A stretch of 64,000 nucleotides of DNA from assembly GCA_913055795.1 (NCBI GenBank), contig CAJXLA010000001.1, forward strand, positions 9,997-73,996. The letters are read 5' to 3'. The position numbers were made by a program, and so were the translations under genes. Position 1 is the stretch's first letter; each line of letters begins with the position of its first letter. Positions 9,514-18,578 of the stretch are shown here, in pieces. Source of the DNA: an uncultured Alcanivorax sp. GTDB lineage: Bacteria; Pseudomonadota; Gammaproteobacteria; Pseudomonadales; Alcanivoracaceae. The notes below the pieces were generated by a model, which ran no database searches, was not told where the DNA came from, and saw only the letters and a list, made by a program, of their open reading frames with translations.

Positions 9514-10707
9514 TCAATGCACCATTTCGCGGGCCCCGCCACGGCCCCAGAACAGGGCCAGACAGGCGCCGGCGCTGCACAGGGCCATGGTCAGGGTCAT
9601 GGGGGCGAGACTGTGGTCGTGAAAAAGTGCGAAGAGCCCGCCCGAGGTCCCGGCCAGTGTGAACTGCAGGGTGCCGTTGATGGCGGTGGCGGCCCCACTG
9701 TCCGACGGGAAATAGTGGATGAAGGAGGCGATGGCATTGGGGATAATAATGGCCACCAGGCTCACCGCGACCGCGAACAGCGGGACGGCCGCGCCCAGGG
9801 GCAGCCAGCCGGCCGTGGCCAGCATGGTCAAAACCGCGATGGTCACGGCCTGGACACCGAGCCCCGTCGCCATGATGGATTCCGGGACGAAGTGGCGCAG
9901 CAGCCGCACGTTGAGCCGGTTCAGGATCAACATGCTCACCACATTCAACCCGAACAGCACCGGAAAGACTTCCCGGCTGACGCCATAGAACTCGATATAG
10001 ACAAAGGCGGAGTCGGTAATGAAGGCGAACATGGCGGCAAAGGCGAGACCATTGGCCACAATCAATCCCATGCCGTGGCGATGGCGCAGTACCCGACCAT
10101 AGGCGGCCAGAATCTGGCCCAGCGAGGCGCGGCTCTTGCGCACCGCGGGCATGCGCGGCAGCCACCCGCCCAGCACACCCAGCATCAGGCCCGCGTAGAC
10201 GGCCAGAAACAGGAAGATGCTGCGCCAGTCGAAAAGGTTGACCAGCACCGTGCCAATGACGGGGGCCAGCAGGGGCGCGATCAGCATGACCAGGCCAATG
10301 CGCGTGAGTACGTCGGCCGCGTCGGTGCCGTTGAAGTGATCCCGCACCGAGGCGGCACAGATCACCACCGTGGCGCCGCCGCCCAGCGCCTGGAGGAAAC
10401 GCAGCCCGTAAAGCTGCTCCAGCGACGTGCTCATGGCAATCAGCAGGCTGCAGAGCACGAAGAGCGACAGTCCGAAGGCGCCCACCTTGCGCCGGCCCAT
10501 ATGATCCGACAAGGGACCGCCCACCAGCTGCCCCAGGGCCGTGCCCAGCATGTAGAAACTCAACGAGAGCTCCACGCGGGGCACCGACACGCCGAAGCTG
10601 TCCGCCATGGCGGGAAACGCCGGCAAATAGGTATCAATGGCCAATGGGCCCACCGCGATCAGCCCGCCCAGAATTACGGCCAGGCGTTGTGGTGAAACGG
10701 TCGGCAT
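9514..10707 (-). CDS. Bcr/CflA family multidrug MFS transporter
   Basis: PLAIDTYLPAFP and GPLSDHMGRR motifs, about 12 hydrophobic segments. Confidence 0.93.
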   Translation of the reverse strand: MPTVSPQRLAVILGGLIAVGPLAIDTYLPAFPAMADSFGVSVPRVELSLSFYMLGTALGQLVGGPLSDHMGRRKVGAFGLSLFVLCSLLIAMSTSLEQLYGLRFLQALGGGATVVICAASVRDHFNGTDAADVLTRIGLVMLIAPLLAPVIGTVLVNLFDWRSIFLFLAVYAGLMLGVLGGWLPRMPAVRKSRASLGQILAAYGRVLRHRHGMGLIVANGLAFAAMFAFITDSAFVYIEFYGVSREVFPVLFGLNVVSMLILNRLNVRLLRHFVPESIMATGLGVQAVTIAVLTMLATAGWLPLGAAVPLFAVAVSLVAIIIPNAIASFIHYFPSDSGAATAINGTLQFTLAGTSGGLFALFHDHSLAPMTLTMALCSAGACLALFWGRGGAREMVH

Positions 10708-10867
10708 GGACACTCCAGAGGGCGTGGCGCAGCAATGATACTACCCGGCCGCCGTCGGTAAAAAGCAAAGCACCCGGCCGGAGTCAAAAAGGGAAAAAAC
10801 GGTTGCCAGCCCGCCCCCTTCGTGGCGACCATACGCGCTTCTCTCGAGGGGGCCGGCGGAGACAGGC

Positions 10868-12787
10868 ATGAATCTGGATATCGCTCTGCAACTGGTGCTT
10901 ATCGGCCTGCTCGCCTTTCTGTGCCAGTGGGGTGCCTGGCGTATCAAGCTCCCGGCCATCCTGCCGCTGCTGGTCACGGGGCTGTTTCTGGGTCCCCTGA
11001 CCGGGATACTCAACCCGGCCGAACTCTTCGGCGACATGCTGCTGCCCGGCGTTTCCCTGGCCGTCGCCGTAATCCTGTTCGAAGGCGCCATGAGCCTGCG
11101 TCTGGACGAGATCCGGGGCGTGGGGCGGGTCGTGTGGCGTCTGATTATCCTGGGGGGATTGACGACCTGGGCCGTGGTTACGCTGGGCGCCTGGTGGCTG
11201 GTCGATGCGATCTCGCTGGAAGTGGCGCTGCTGCTGGGTGCTTTGGTCGTGGTAACGGGCCCCACCGTGATCGTCCCCATGCTGCGCAGCGTGCGTCCGG
11301 TCAGCAGCGTCTCCCGGCTGCTGCGCTGGGAAGGGATCATCATCGATCCCCTGGGCGCCCTCCTCGCCGTGCTGGCCTATGAAATCATCGTCGCCACGGG
11401 GGCCGAGGCGGTCCAGCAGACCCTGCTGATCCTGCTGAAGAGTCTGGGACTGGGGACAGGACTGGGCATTGCGGTGGCCTTCGGGCTGGCGTTCCTGCTA
11501 CGGCGTCATCTGGTGCCGGAATATCTACGCAGTTTTCTGGTGCTGTCGGCCATCCTCGCGGAATTCGTGGTCGCCAACATGGTGGTGCACGAATCCGGTC
11601 TGCTCGCCGTGACCGTCACGGGTCTGGTGCTGGCGAACAGCCGCGGGGTGAACACCCGGGATGTGCTGCACTTCAAGGAGAATCTGTCCGTGATGCTGAT
11701 TTCGGCGCTGTTCATTGTCCTGGCGGCGCGTATCGAAATGCAGCAGATGGCCGAGTTCGCCGTGCCGGCGCTGATCGTGCTGGGCCTGGTTCAGCTGGTG
11801 GGCCGGCCCCTGGCCGTCTGGGTAGCCACCCTGGGCAGCAATCTGAACTGGCGCGAGAAGTCGCTGCTGGCCTGGATTGCTCCCCGGGGCATTGTGGCCG
11901 CGGCCGTATCCGCGCTTTTCGCGGAACGCCTGGCCGAAAACAATGTCGCCGGCGCGGAAATGCTGGTGCCCCTGACCTTTGCCGTCATCATCGGCACCGT
12001 GGCCCTGCAGAGTGTCACCGCCCGGCCGCTGGCGCAATTGCTCAAGGTGGCCGTGCCCGCACCCCGGGGCTTGCTGATTATCGGCGCCAATCCGGTGGCC
12101 CGGAGCATCGGGGAAGCCCTGAAGAAGAATGGCTTTCCCATCCTGCTCGCCGACTCCAGCTGGGAACACAGCCGGGCGGCGCGCATGCGCGGGTTGCCCG
12201 TGTATTACGGCCATTCGGTGTCCCAGTACGCGGATCGGGCCCTGGATCTGGTGGGCTTCGGCCGCATGCTGGGCATGAGCCTGCGCCGGGAAATGAACAC
12301 CCTGGCGGCCATGCGCTATCGTATGGAGTTCGGTGAGCAGAATGTGTACAGCCTGGCACCGTCCGCCGAACAGGAGGAAAAAATCACGGCGGTGCCGGAT
12401 CATCCGGGCCGTACCCTGTTTGCGCCGGATCTTACCTACACGCGGCTGGCAAACCTGCTGGATCAGGGTGCGATGGTCCGCAAGACGCGGCTCACCGCCG
12501 CCTACAATTTTGACGCCTACCAGGATACTCCCGGCCGCCAGGTCTGGCCCCTGTTCGCCATCGACCCGCGGGGCTGGCTCCATGTCTTCAGTGTCGAGGA
12601 AAAGCCCCGGCCCCAGCCCGGCTGGCACATTCTGGGGCTGATTCTGGAGGAATCGGATCAGCAGGCGCCGGAATCCGGCGAGGAAGTGGTCAAGGCCCGG
12701 GCCCGGCGACAGAAACAGAAGGAAGCCAAGGTCGCGCGCAAGGAGAAGAAAACGGGTGGACACGGCAATAAAGAATCAAACCAATAA
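10868..12787 (+). CDS. Cation:proton antiporter (NhaP/CPA1 type) with C-terminal Rossmann-like domain
   Basis: VILFEG, TGPTV, WEGIIIDP and APRGIVAAA motifs, then LLIIGAN domain. Confidence 0.92.
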   Translation: MNLDIALQLVLIGLLAFLCQWGAWRIKLPAILPLLVTGLFLGPLTGILNPAELFGDMLLPGVSLAVAVILFEGAMSLRLDEIRGVGRVVWRLIILGGLTTWAVVTLGAWWLVDAISLEVALLLGALVVVTGPTVIVPMLRSVRPVSSVSRLLRWEGIIIDPLGALLAVLAYEIIVATGAEAVQQTLLILLKSLGLGTGLGIAVAFGLAFLLRRHLVPEYLRSFLVLSAILAEFVVANMVVHESGLLAVTVTGLVLANSRGVNTRDVLHFKENLSVMLISALFIVLAARIEMQQMAEFAVPALIVLGLVQLVGRPLAVWVATLGSNLNWREKSLLAWIAPRGIVAAAVSALFAERLAENNVAGAEMLVPLTFAVIIGTVALQSVTARPLAQLLKVAVPAPRGLLIIGANPVARSIGEALKKNGFPILLADSSWEHSRAARMRGLPVYYGHSVSQYADRALDLVGFGRMLGMSLRREMNTLAAMRYRMEFGEQNVYSLAPSAEQEEKITAVPDHPGRTLFAPDLTYTRLANLLDQGAMVRKTRLTAAYNFDAYQDTPGRQVWPLFAIDPRGWLHVFSVEEKPRPQPGWHILGLILEESDQQAPESGEEVVKARARRQKQKEAKVARKEKKTGGHGNKESNQ

Positions 12788-13019
12788 ATTTTTATAGACA
12801 ATAACTTATGAATAATATTTAAAGCAGGTTGTAAACTTGGTGCCAGGCTGCGCTCCCGCAGGGAGCGTTCCCTGCCCCCTGCCGCCTGGTTCTCGCTCCG
12901 CTTGCGGTGTTGCTGACGATCTACTTCACGAGTTGCCCCCGCAACGGGGCCATCGTATCGAGCACTTCACCGGCACTGGCATCATCCACTCCGAGTGCCG
13001 CCAGGGCGCCCATAAGCTG

Positions 13020-14204
13020 TTAGATAAATTGCCGGCCTTCGCCCCGATACGTGGGCACCTCGTCCACGACTCGCCCACCACGGATCAACAGGAGTGAATT
13101 GAACCGCTCGCATAGTTCACCCGCCTTGGCGTGACGGAAAAATACGGGTTCGCCCAGCCCCGGGGCATTGTCGCCGGTCAGCGGCGTCTGTACTTCGCCC
13201 GCCCCTTCGTTGGGGTCCAGTGCCAGGCCTTCCGGCAAGGTCGGCACCGGCAGTCGGTCCGGCGTGGCGCTGCCCGAGGCCACATAACCGCCGCCCAGAC
13301 AAGTGACATGATCGTCGTCGGGCTGGCGCACGACTTCCAGCGCGAACATGGCCGCCGGGACGTGGCGGAAATTGTGGTAGTGATCGAAAAGCGCCGGCGA
13401 ATAGAGGCCGCTGCCCGCGGCCACTTCCGTGACCTCCCGGTCCGCGGTGGTCGATTCCAGGCTGCCCGTGCCCCCGCCGTTGACGAAGCGCAGCCGGGCG
13501 CCGGCGTCATGCAGCGCCTGAACCACCGCATCCCGGCGCTGTGCAAGTTCACGGATGGAACGCCTCTTGAGCGCGCGAATGATGGCATTCCTGGCCCGCT
13601 GGCCGGGTCCGGTATCCGTGACGCCGGCAATCTGGGCCTCGTAGCCCATGACCCCGTCCAGCGTTACCGCCGGGTGATCCCGAATCATGCGATACAGTGC
13701 CAGTGCGTCTTCCACGGAGCGTATGGGCGAGCGAAACACGCCGAAATTCAGCCCCGGCAGGCGCATGGACATGTCCACTTCCAGGCACAGCGGCAGGGTT
13801 ACGCCCTGCTCCTCGGCGATGGTCCCCAGACGTCGTACATGCTCGGGGCAATCCACCATGAGCGTGATCTCGCCGCCTCGCCGGATCTGTTCACAGACGC
13901 GGCGCACCGCCTCGGATTCCAGGGTGGGATAGGCCACCAGCAGATCCGTGAAACCGTGTTCGGCGAGCATGCAGGCTTCGCGTGCGTGGAAGCACATCAG
14001 GCCCTGGAAGCGCTCATCGAAAGCCTGCGCATAGGCCAGGATCGCTTGGCTGCGCACGGATTTGCTTGCCAGGCGCACGGGCAGTTCCCCTGCCCGTTCG
14101 AGGATATCGGCCAGATTCCGGTCCAGGCGGTCCAGATCCACCAGCGCGGCGGGCAGGGCCCGCCCGCCCAGTGCCTCGCGGTAATAGGCCCAGGCTTCGC
14201 TCAT
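13020..14204 (-). CDS. PLP-dependent amino acid deaminase/aldolase (alanine racemase fold, DSD1-like)
   Basis: RLASKSVR (PLP lysine), GYEAQIAG, NGGGTGS, EGAGEVQTP and RHAKAGELCE motifs. Confidence 0.9.
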   Translation of the reverse strand: MSEAWAYYREALGGRALPAALVDLDRLDRNLADILERAGELPVRLASKSVRSQAILAYAQAFDERFQGLMCFHAREACMLAEHGFTDLLVAYPTLESEAVRRVCEQIRRGGEITLMVDCPEHVRRLGTIAEEQGVTLPLCLEVDMSMRLPGLNFGVFRSPIRSVEDALALYRMIRDHPAVTLDGVMGYEAQIAGVTDTGPGQRARNAIIRALKRRSIRELAQRRDAVVQALHDAGARLRFVNGGGTGSLESTTADREVTEVAAGSGLYSPALFDHYHNFRHVPAAMFALEVVRQPDDDHVTCLGGGYVASGSATPDRLPVPTLPEGLALDPNEGAGEVQTPLTGDNAPGLGEPVFFRHAKAGELCERFNSLLLIRGGRVVDEVPTYRGEGRQFI

Positions 14205-15679
14205 CCGTCCTGCCCCCTGGGTTTCTGGGAATGGCTTTCCAGTTTCAGCCCCGCCAGGGCGAAACGCAGCAAACGGCTGCTGAAGAGGTTGTCGATCAGC
14301 CGTCCGAACAGCGTGTACTTGGTACGGGTATAAGGATACCAGTTGGCTTCAATGGTATCGCTCTGCTTGTCGATCATGACCGCCTTGGACCGGGTAAAGC
14401 CCAGCAGCCCCTCGGCGCCCTTCACCCGGCCGAAGCCGGATTCGCCCGTGCCGCCGAACGGCAGGCCCGGATTGCCTTCGGTCACCATGACATTGTTGAT
14501 GGGCACCGCCCCGGCCTGTATTTGCCGGGCCATGCGCTCCGCGCGGTCGAGATCCTTGCTCCAGACACTGGCGCTGAGCCCGAAGTGCGGATGATTGGCG
14601 TAGGCCAGGGCCTGTTCCTCCGTATCAAAGGGGATCACCGGGATCAGCGGACCGAAGGTTTCCTGATGCATGAGCATCATGTCGTCGGTGATGCCGCTAA
14701 TCACCGCCGGCTGGATGATGCGGTCATGGCCTTCCACACCGTCACCACCGTGCACCCGGGCGCCCTTGCGCCGGGCGTCGTCCAGATGCTGGCGGATAAT
14801 GTCGCACTGGAAATCCGTGGTAATGGCGCCCAGGTCCGCATCACCGTCGTCATCGGTGTTGACGACGAGCTTGTCCATCTCGTTTTCCAGTTCACGCACA
14901 AACTGGTCATAGATGCCGCGCTGAACATAGAGCCGCTCCACCGAGGTGCAGGACTGACCGGAGTTGGTCAGCGCGCCCCAGAGGGCGCCGGCCACCGTGC
15001 GTTTCAGGTGCACGTCGTCAAAGACGATCATGGCGTCCTTGCCGCCCAGCTCCAGATCCACCGGAATCAGCAACGGCGCCGCCTGGGCCAGGATCTTGCG
15101 GCCCGTGGGCGCGCTGCCGGTGAAAAAGATCTTGTCCGGGCGGGCATCGATCAGCTGTTGGGCGGTCTCGCCGTCGCCGTAATGGACGTGCAGGTTGCGC
15201 TCCAGCAGCGGAATGCCGCGCACCAGTTCCTCGAATACCCCCTGCAGGGGCGTGTGTTCCGAGGGTTTCAGCAGCACACCATTGCCCGCCGCCAGCGCGC
15301 CGGCCACGGTGGTCATGGCGATATGGAAGGGGTAATTCCAGGGCGAGATCACCAGCACCACGCCCAACGGCTCGTGCCAGATGCGCGATTTCTTGCCCAT
15401 GAGCGCGAGCGGGGTTTCGGCCTTCTCGTCGCCCAGGATCTTCGGCGCGCGTTTGATGACCCAGTGCAGATAATCCAGCGTGCCCAGCACCTCGGAAACC
15501 AGCGCGTCGGTGCGGGTTTTACCCGTTTCCTCCATGACCCGTTCCACGATCCATTCACGCCAGTCGCGCATGCGTTCCAGCACCTGCTCCAGCGCTTCCA
15601 GCCGCTGCTCCATGGGTGCAGAGGCCAGTTCCCGGGCCTGATCACGGGTCTGTTTCATCATGGCCGAAGAATCTTCCAT
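14201..15679 (-). CDS. Aldehyde dehydrogenase
   Basis: PWNYP, KPSE, FTGS, LELGGKD, NSGQSC and ETFGP motifs. Coupled to both neighbours by overlapping stop/start. Confidence 0.95.
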   Translation of the reverse strand: MEDSSAMMKQTRDQARELASAPMEQRLEALEQVLERMRDWREWIVERVMEETGKTRTDALVSEVLGTLDYLHWVIKRAPKILGDEKAETPLALMGKKSRIWHEPLGVVLVISPWNYPFHIAMTTVAGALAAGNGVLLKPSEHTPLQGVFEELVRGIPLLERNLHVHYGDGETAQQLIDARPDKIFFTGSAPTGRKILAQAAPLLIPVDLELGGKDAMIVFDDVHLKRTVAGALWGALTNSGQSCTSVERLYVQRGIYDQFVRELENEMDKLVVNTDDDGDADLGAITTDFQCDIIRQHLDDARRKGARVHGGDGVEGHDRIIQPAVISGITDDMMLMHQETFGPLIPVIPFDTEEQALAYANHPHFGLSASVWSKDLDRAERMARQIQAGAVPINNVMVTEGNPGLPFGGTGESGFGRVKGAEGLLGFTRSKAVMIDKQSDTIEANWYPYTRTKYTLFGRLIDNLFSSRLLRFALAGLKLESHSQKPRGQDG

Positions 15680-16071
15680 CAGTTGTCCTCTACCGGTTCG
15701 CAATGAATGTGGCAATCAATGCCCGCGTGCACCCGTCCCTGCTCGTCCACGCCGGCGTAGTAGACGGTAAAGACGACCCCACGCAGGCCCATATCCAGTA
15801 GCCGGAAGGGCGCCCCCGCCATGCCCGGCAGACGCCGCAGGGGCGTGTTCACGGCCACGAGCAGCGCCAGCAGGGGGCGCGGCAGCCACGCCAGCACCGA
15901 CACCAGGGTCAATAGTGCCTCGCGGTCATCAGGCGGACTGGATTCCAGTGCGGTTTCCAGGTGCTGGACGACACCGCTGTCACTGAAGGATGGCAGCCCC
16001 CGGCCGCCGGGAATCAGCACATCCCCGATCTTGTTCCAGGCGCGGCGCTGTCGTTCGGTAAGCGGCGTCAT
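15679..16071 (-). CDS. Small helical protein, probable GMC oxidoreductase partner (gluconate-2-dehydrogenase subunit 3-like)
   Basis: IGDVLIPG...LPSFS...LRGVVFTVYY pattern. ATGA overlap with the GMC gene. Confidence 0.7.
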   Translation of the reverse strand: MTPLTERQRRAWNKIGDVLIPGGRGLPSFSDSGVVQHLETALESSPPDDREALLTLVSVLAWLPRPLLALLVAVNTPLRRLPGMAGAPFRLLDMGLRGVVFTVYYAGVDEQGRVHAGIDCHIHCEPVEDN

Positions 16072-17486
16072 GCGGCCTCCGGGCGCGCATCCAGGGGTTC
16101 GCCCAGCAAGCGCTCGGCGGCCCGGTGGGCCAGCGCCATGATGGACAGGGACGGATTGATGCCGGGCGCATCCGGGAAAAGGCTGGCGTCCATGACATAG
16201 AGATTGGGCAGGCCATGGACCTGGAAATCGGGATTGACCACCGACGTGGCCCGATCCCGGCCCTGGGCACAACCGCCCATGAGGTGGAGCCCGATGCGCA
16301 CCGGCGAATGCACCACCTTGCGCGCGCCCGTGGCGCGGTAGATGTCGTGGATGACGTTCAGACCCGCCCGTGCGCGCTGCCGTTCCGGCGCGCCCACGCG
16401 CTTGTCGATGCGCAGCCCGCCCCGGCCATCGCCGCCGATGCGGCCGGGGGTGACATCACGCACCGCCACCTCGATACACGCGAGGTTTCGATAGGCGCGC
16501 ATAAGATCCCGGTGTTTCGCGCCGAAACCGGGCATCAGATAAGCGGCACCGCTCGGGCCCATGAAGACGTTTTCCAGCTTGAAACCCGCCGCGCGGAAGC
16601 GCTCGTCATCGGATTTGACTGCCTGGAAACTGCCCTTGTGGGCATCGATGATCCGGTCATACAGCGCCAGCGTGACGAACTGGGGATGGCAGTAGAAGCC
16701 TTTGCCCAGCGCGGGCAACTCCGGGGCCAGCCCGGATGCCTGGAGAATCCGGGTGGAGCCCAGGGACCCGGCGGCGAGCACACAGCGACGTCCGAAAAAG
16801 CGCCGCGCCCGGCCCTGTTGCCGCCCAAAGACCGTCACCTGTTGGCGGCCGTGCGACAATCCATCCACCTGGCAGTCCGTGACGACTTCGAGGCCCTGTT
16901 GTTCCGCGCGGGCGAGGAAGGTGACCGGCATGCTCTGCTTGGATGCACGCGGGCAACCGCCCAGGCAACGGATGCAGTCATTGCCCTGGTCCACGCGGCA
17001 GTGGGACTGGCCCCGGCGTAGCGGCGCCCAGCCGTAGCCCAGCTTTTCAAAGCCGTCGACATAAAGTTCGGCGTTACGATTGCCGTTTTCCCGCGGTATG
17101 TGCTCCAGGGTGAGTTCGGACTCCACGGCATCGTAATGCCGCGCCATGGCATCCACGGAAAACTCGTCCAGCCCGGAGCGCTCGGCCCAGGAATCCAGGG
17201 CCCGGGCGTCGAAGCGGTCCAGCAGGGCCTGATTGATGACGGTGCCGCCGCCGAAGACCTTGCCGCGCAGGAACATGAAACCCGCATCCCGGCTGGCGTC
17301 CATGCCGCCGTTCCACATCAGGCGGTTGTTGGCCTCGAGTTCGTTGTCCGGGTGTTCATGGGACTGGAAGCGCGATCCCGCCTCCAGCATGAGCACGGAA
17401 TGCCCGGCGGCGGTGAGCCAGCGTGCCAGCGGCCCGCCTCCAGCACCCGAGCCCACGATAATGTAGTCGTAGCAGCGATCCGCCAC
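16068..17486 (-). CDS. GMC family oxidoreductase (long-chain alcohol oxidase-like)
   Basis: IIVGSGAGG FAD motif, GGGTVIN, C...CxxCxGGC..SKQS, HLMGG and DASLFP...NP motifs. Confidence 0.92.
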   Translation of the reverse strand: MADRCYDYIIVGSGAGGGPLARWLTAAGHSVLMLEAGSRFQSHEHPDNELEANNRLMWNGGMDASRDAGFMFLRGKVFGGGTVINQALLDRFDARALDSWAERSGLDEFSVDAMARHYDAVESELTLEHIPRENGNRNAELYVDGFEKLGYGWAPLRRGQSHCRVDQGNDCIRCLGGCPRASKQSMPVTFLARAEQQGLEVVTDCQVDGLSHGRQQVTVFGRQQGRARRFFGRRCVLAAGSLGSTRILQASGLAPELPALGKGFYCHPQFVTLALYDRIIDAHKGSFQAVKSDDERFRAAGFKLENVFMGPSGAAYLMPGFGAKHRDLMRAYRNLACIEVAVRDVTPGRIGGDGRGGLRIDKRVGAPERQRARAGLNVIHDIYRATGARKVVHSPVRIGLHLMGGCAQGRDRATSVVNPDFQVHGLPNLYVMDASLFPDAPGINPSLSIMALAHRAAERLLGEPLDARPEAA

Positions 17487-17509
17487 GGCGCGACTCCTTG
17501 CTCGATATT

Positions 17510-17529
17510 ATTTGCACTATAGTACAAAT
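17510..17529. promoter_or_regulatory. Palindromic operator candidate upstream of the GMC operon
   Basis: ATTTGCACTATAGTACAAAT, a 20-bp palindrome with one mismatched pair, 23 bp upstream of the GMC start in an AT-rich gap. Confidence 0.6.
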
Positions 17530-17565
17530 TTTATTGTGTTCAAGAGCTGTCGCTCTGGCGGGCAA

Positions 17566-18525
17566 TCACGAATCGCCCTGCCAGTCGTGGAAACTCTCCG
17601 ATTCCACATAATCGCCGTAGACCGGATGGTCCGCCAGGGCCTCGAAATCAATCTGCTGCCCGAAGCGCTCTTCCAGCGCCCGGAACCAGCGCGTGGTGGC
17701 GCTCCAGTCCTGCTGCCGGGCGGCACACTGGGCCGCCAGCGGATAAAGTTTCTGGTAATCGGGCCAGCGCTTCACGGCCTTCTCCAGGTCTTCACGAGCC
17801 TCGCTGCAACGCCCGCGCGCCAGCGCCCGGGCATGGTCCAGCCAGGCCAGACCCGGATCACGGCCGAGTTCCTCGCGCAGATGGGTCATGGCACGGGCGG
17901 CATCCTCCTCGTCCCCCTGCTGTACGGCCTGCTCATAGCGCCACAGGGAACTGTATGCCTCCTCCAGCGGCTGCATCCGGGCCAGCGCGCTCGTATAGCA
18001 GTCCTCTTTGCTGCAGGCCGCGAGCACCAGACGCGACAGAATGCGCCCCTGACGCGAATCCGGCAGTTCAGCCAGTGCCTGAAGCGGTTGTTCGTTCAGC
18101 CGCTCGAGGAAACCCCGGGCAGCATCCCCCTGTGCCACCAGTGACTCCACCAGCTCGGACAGGCTCACGCCCAGGGCATAGTCGTACCAGCCCGCCAGTT
18201 GGCCCTCGTCGTTGTATTGCAAGGCAAGATAGTTGAGATTGTCACCGACGAATTCCAGCCGCAGGGTCATGCCCGCCGCTTCGGGGGCCAGCGCTACACC
18301 CCGCAATTGTCCGCCGCGCAGCCGGGGCTTGAGTTCTTCCAGCAAGGATGTAATGCGCCGGTCCACGCCGGCCGCGCTCGCCAGGGCCGAGGTATTCAGG
18401 GCTTGAAAGGCCGGCTCCAGGCTGCGGCTCTGGTTAAGTCGCTCGATCAATGCGTTCGGCTCCGCCGCCCGGGCCGCCATAACGGTCAGCATCAAGGTGA
18501 GCAACAACCCGATTCGGTATTGCAT
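17566..18525 (-). CDS. Exported hypothetical protein with TPR-like C-terminal helices
   Basis: Signal peptide (MQYRIGLLLTLMLTVMAARA), helical repeats in the C-terminal half. Confidence 0.75.
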   Translation of the reverse strand: MQYRIGLLLTLMLTVMAARAAEPNALIERLNQSRSLEPAFQALNTSALASAAGVDRRITSLLEELKPRLRGGQLRGVALAPEAAGMTLRLEFVGDNLNYLALQYNDEGQLAGWYDYALGVSLSELVESLVAQGDAARGFLERLNEQPLQALAELPDSRQGRILSRLVLAACSKEDCYTSALARMQPLEEAYSSLWRYEQAVQQGDEEDAARAMTHLREELGRDPGLAWLDHARALARGRCSEAREDLEKAVKRWPDYQKLYPLAAQCAARQQDWSATTRWFRALEERFGQQIDFEALADHPVYGDYVESESFHDWQGDS

Positions 18526-18578
18526 GGCTTCGTCCCCCTCTTTTCGTCCGGACTCTATCATGCACCCGGGCACCGAAC

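Noticed and set aside
12785..12848. AT-rich tract with a sigma54-like TGGCAC-N5-TTAC on the minus strand
   Set aside because: The -12 element is imperfect and it points antisense into the antiporter gene. No dif similarity either.
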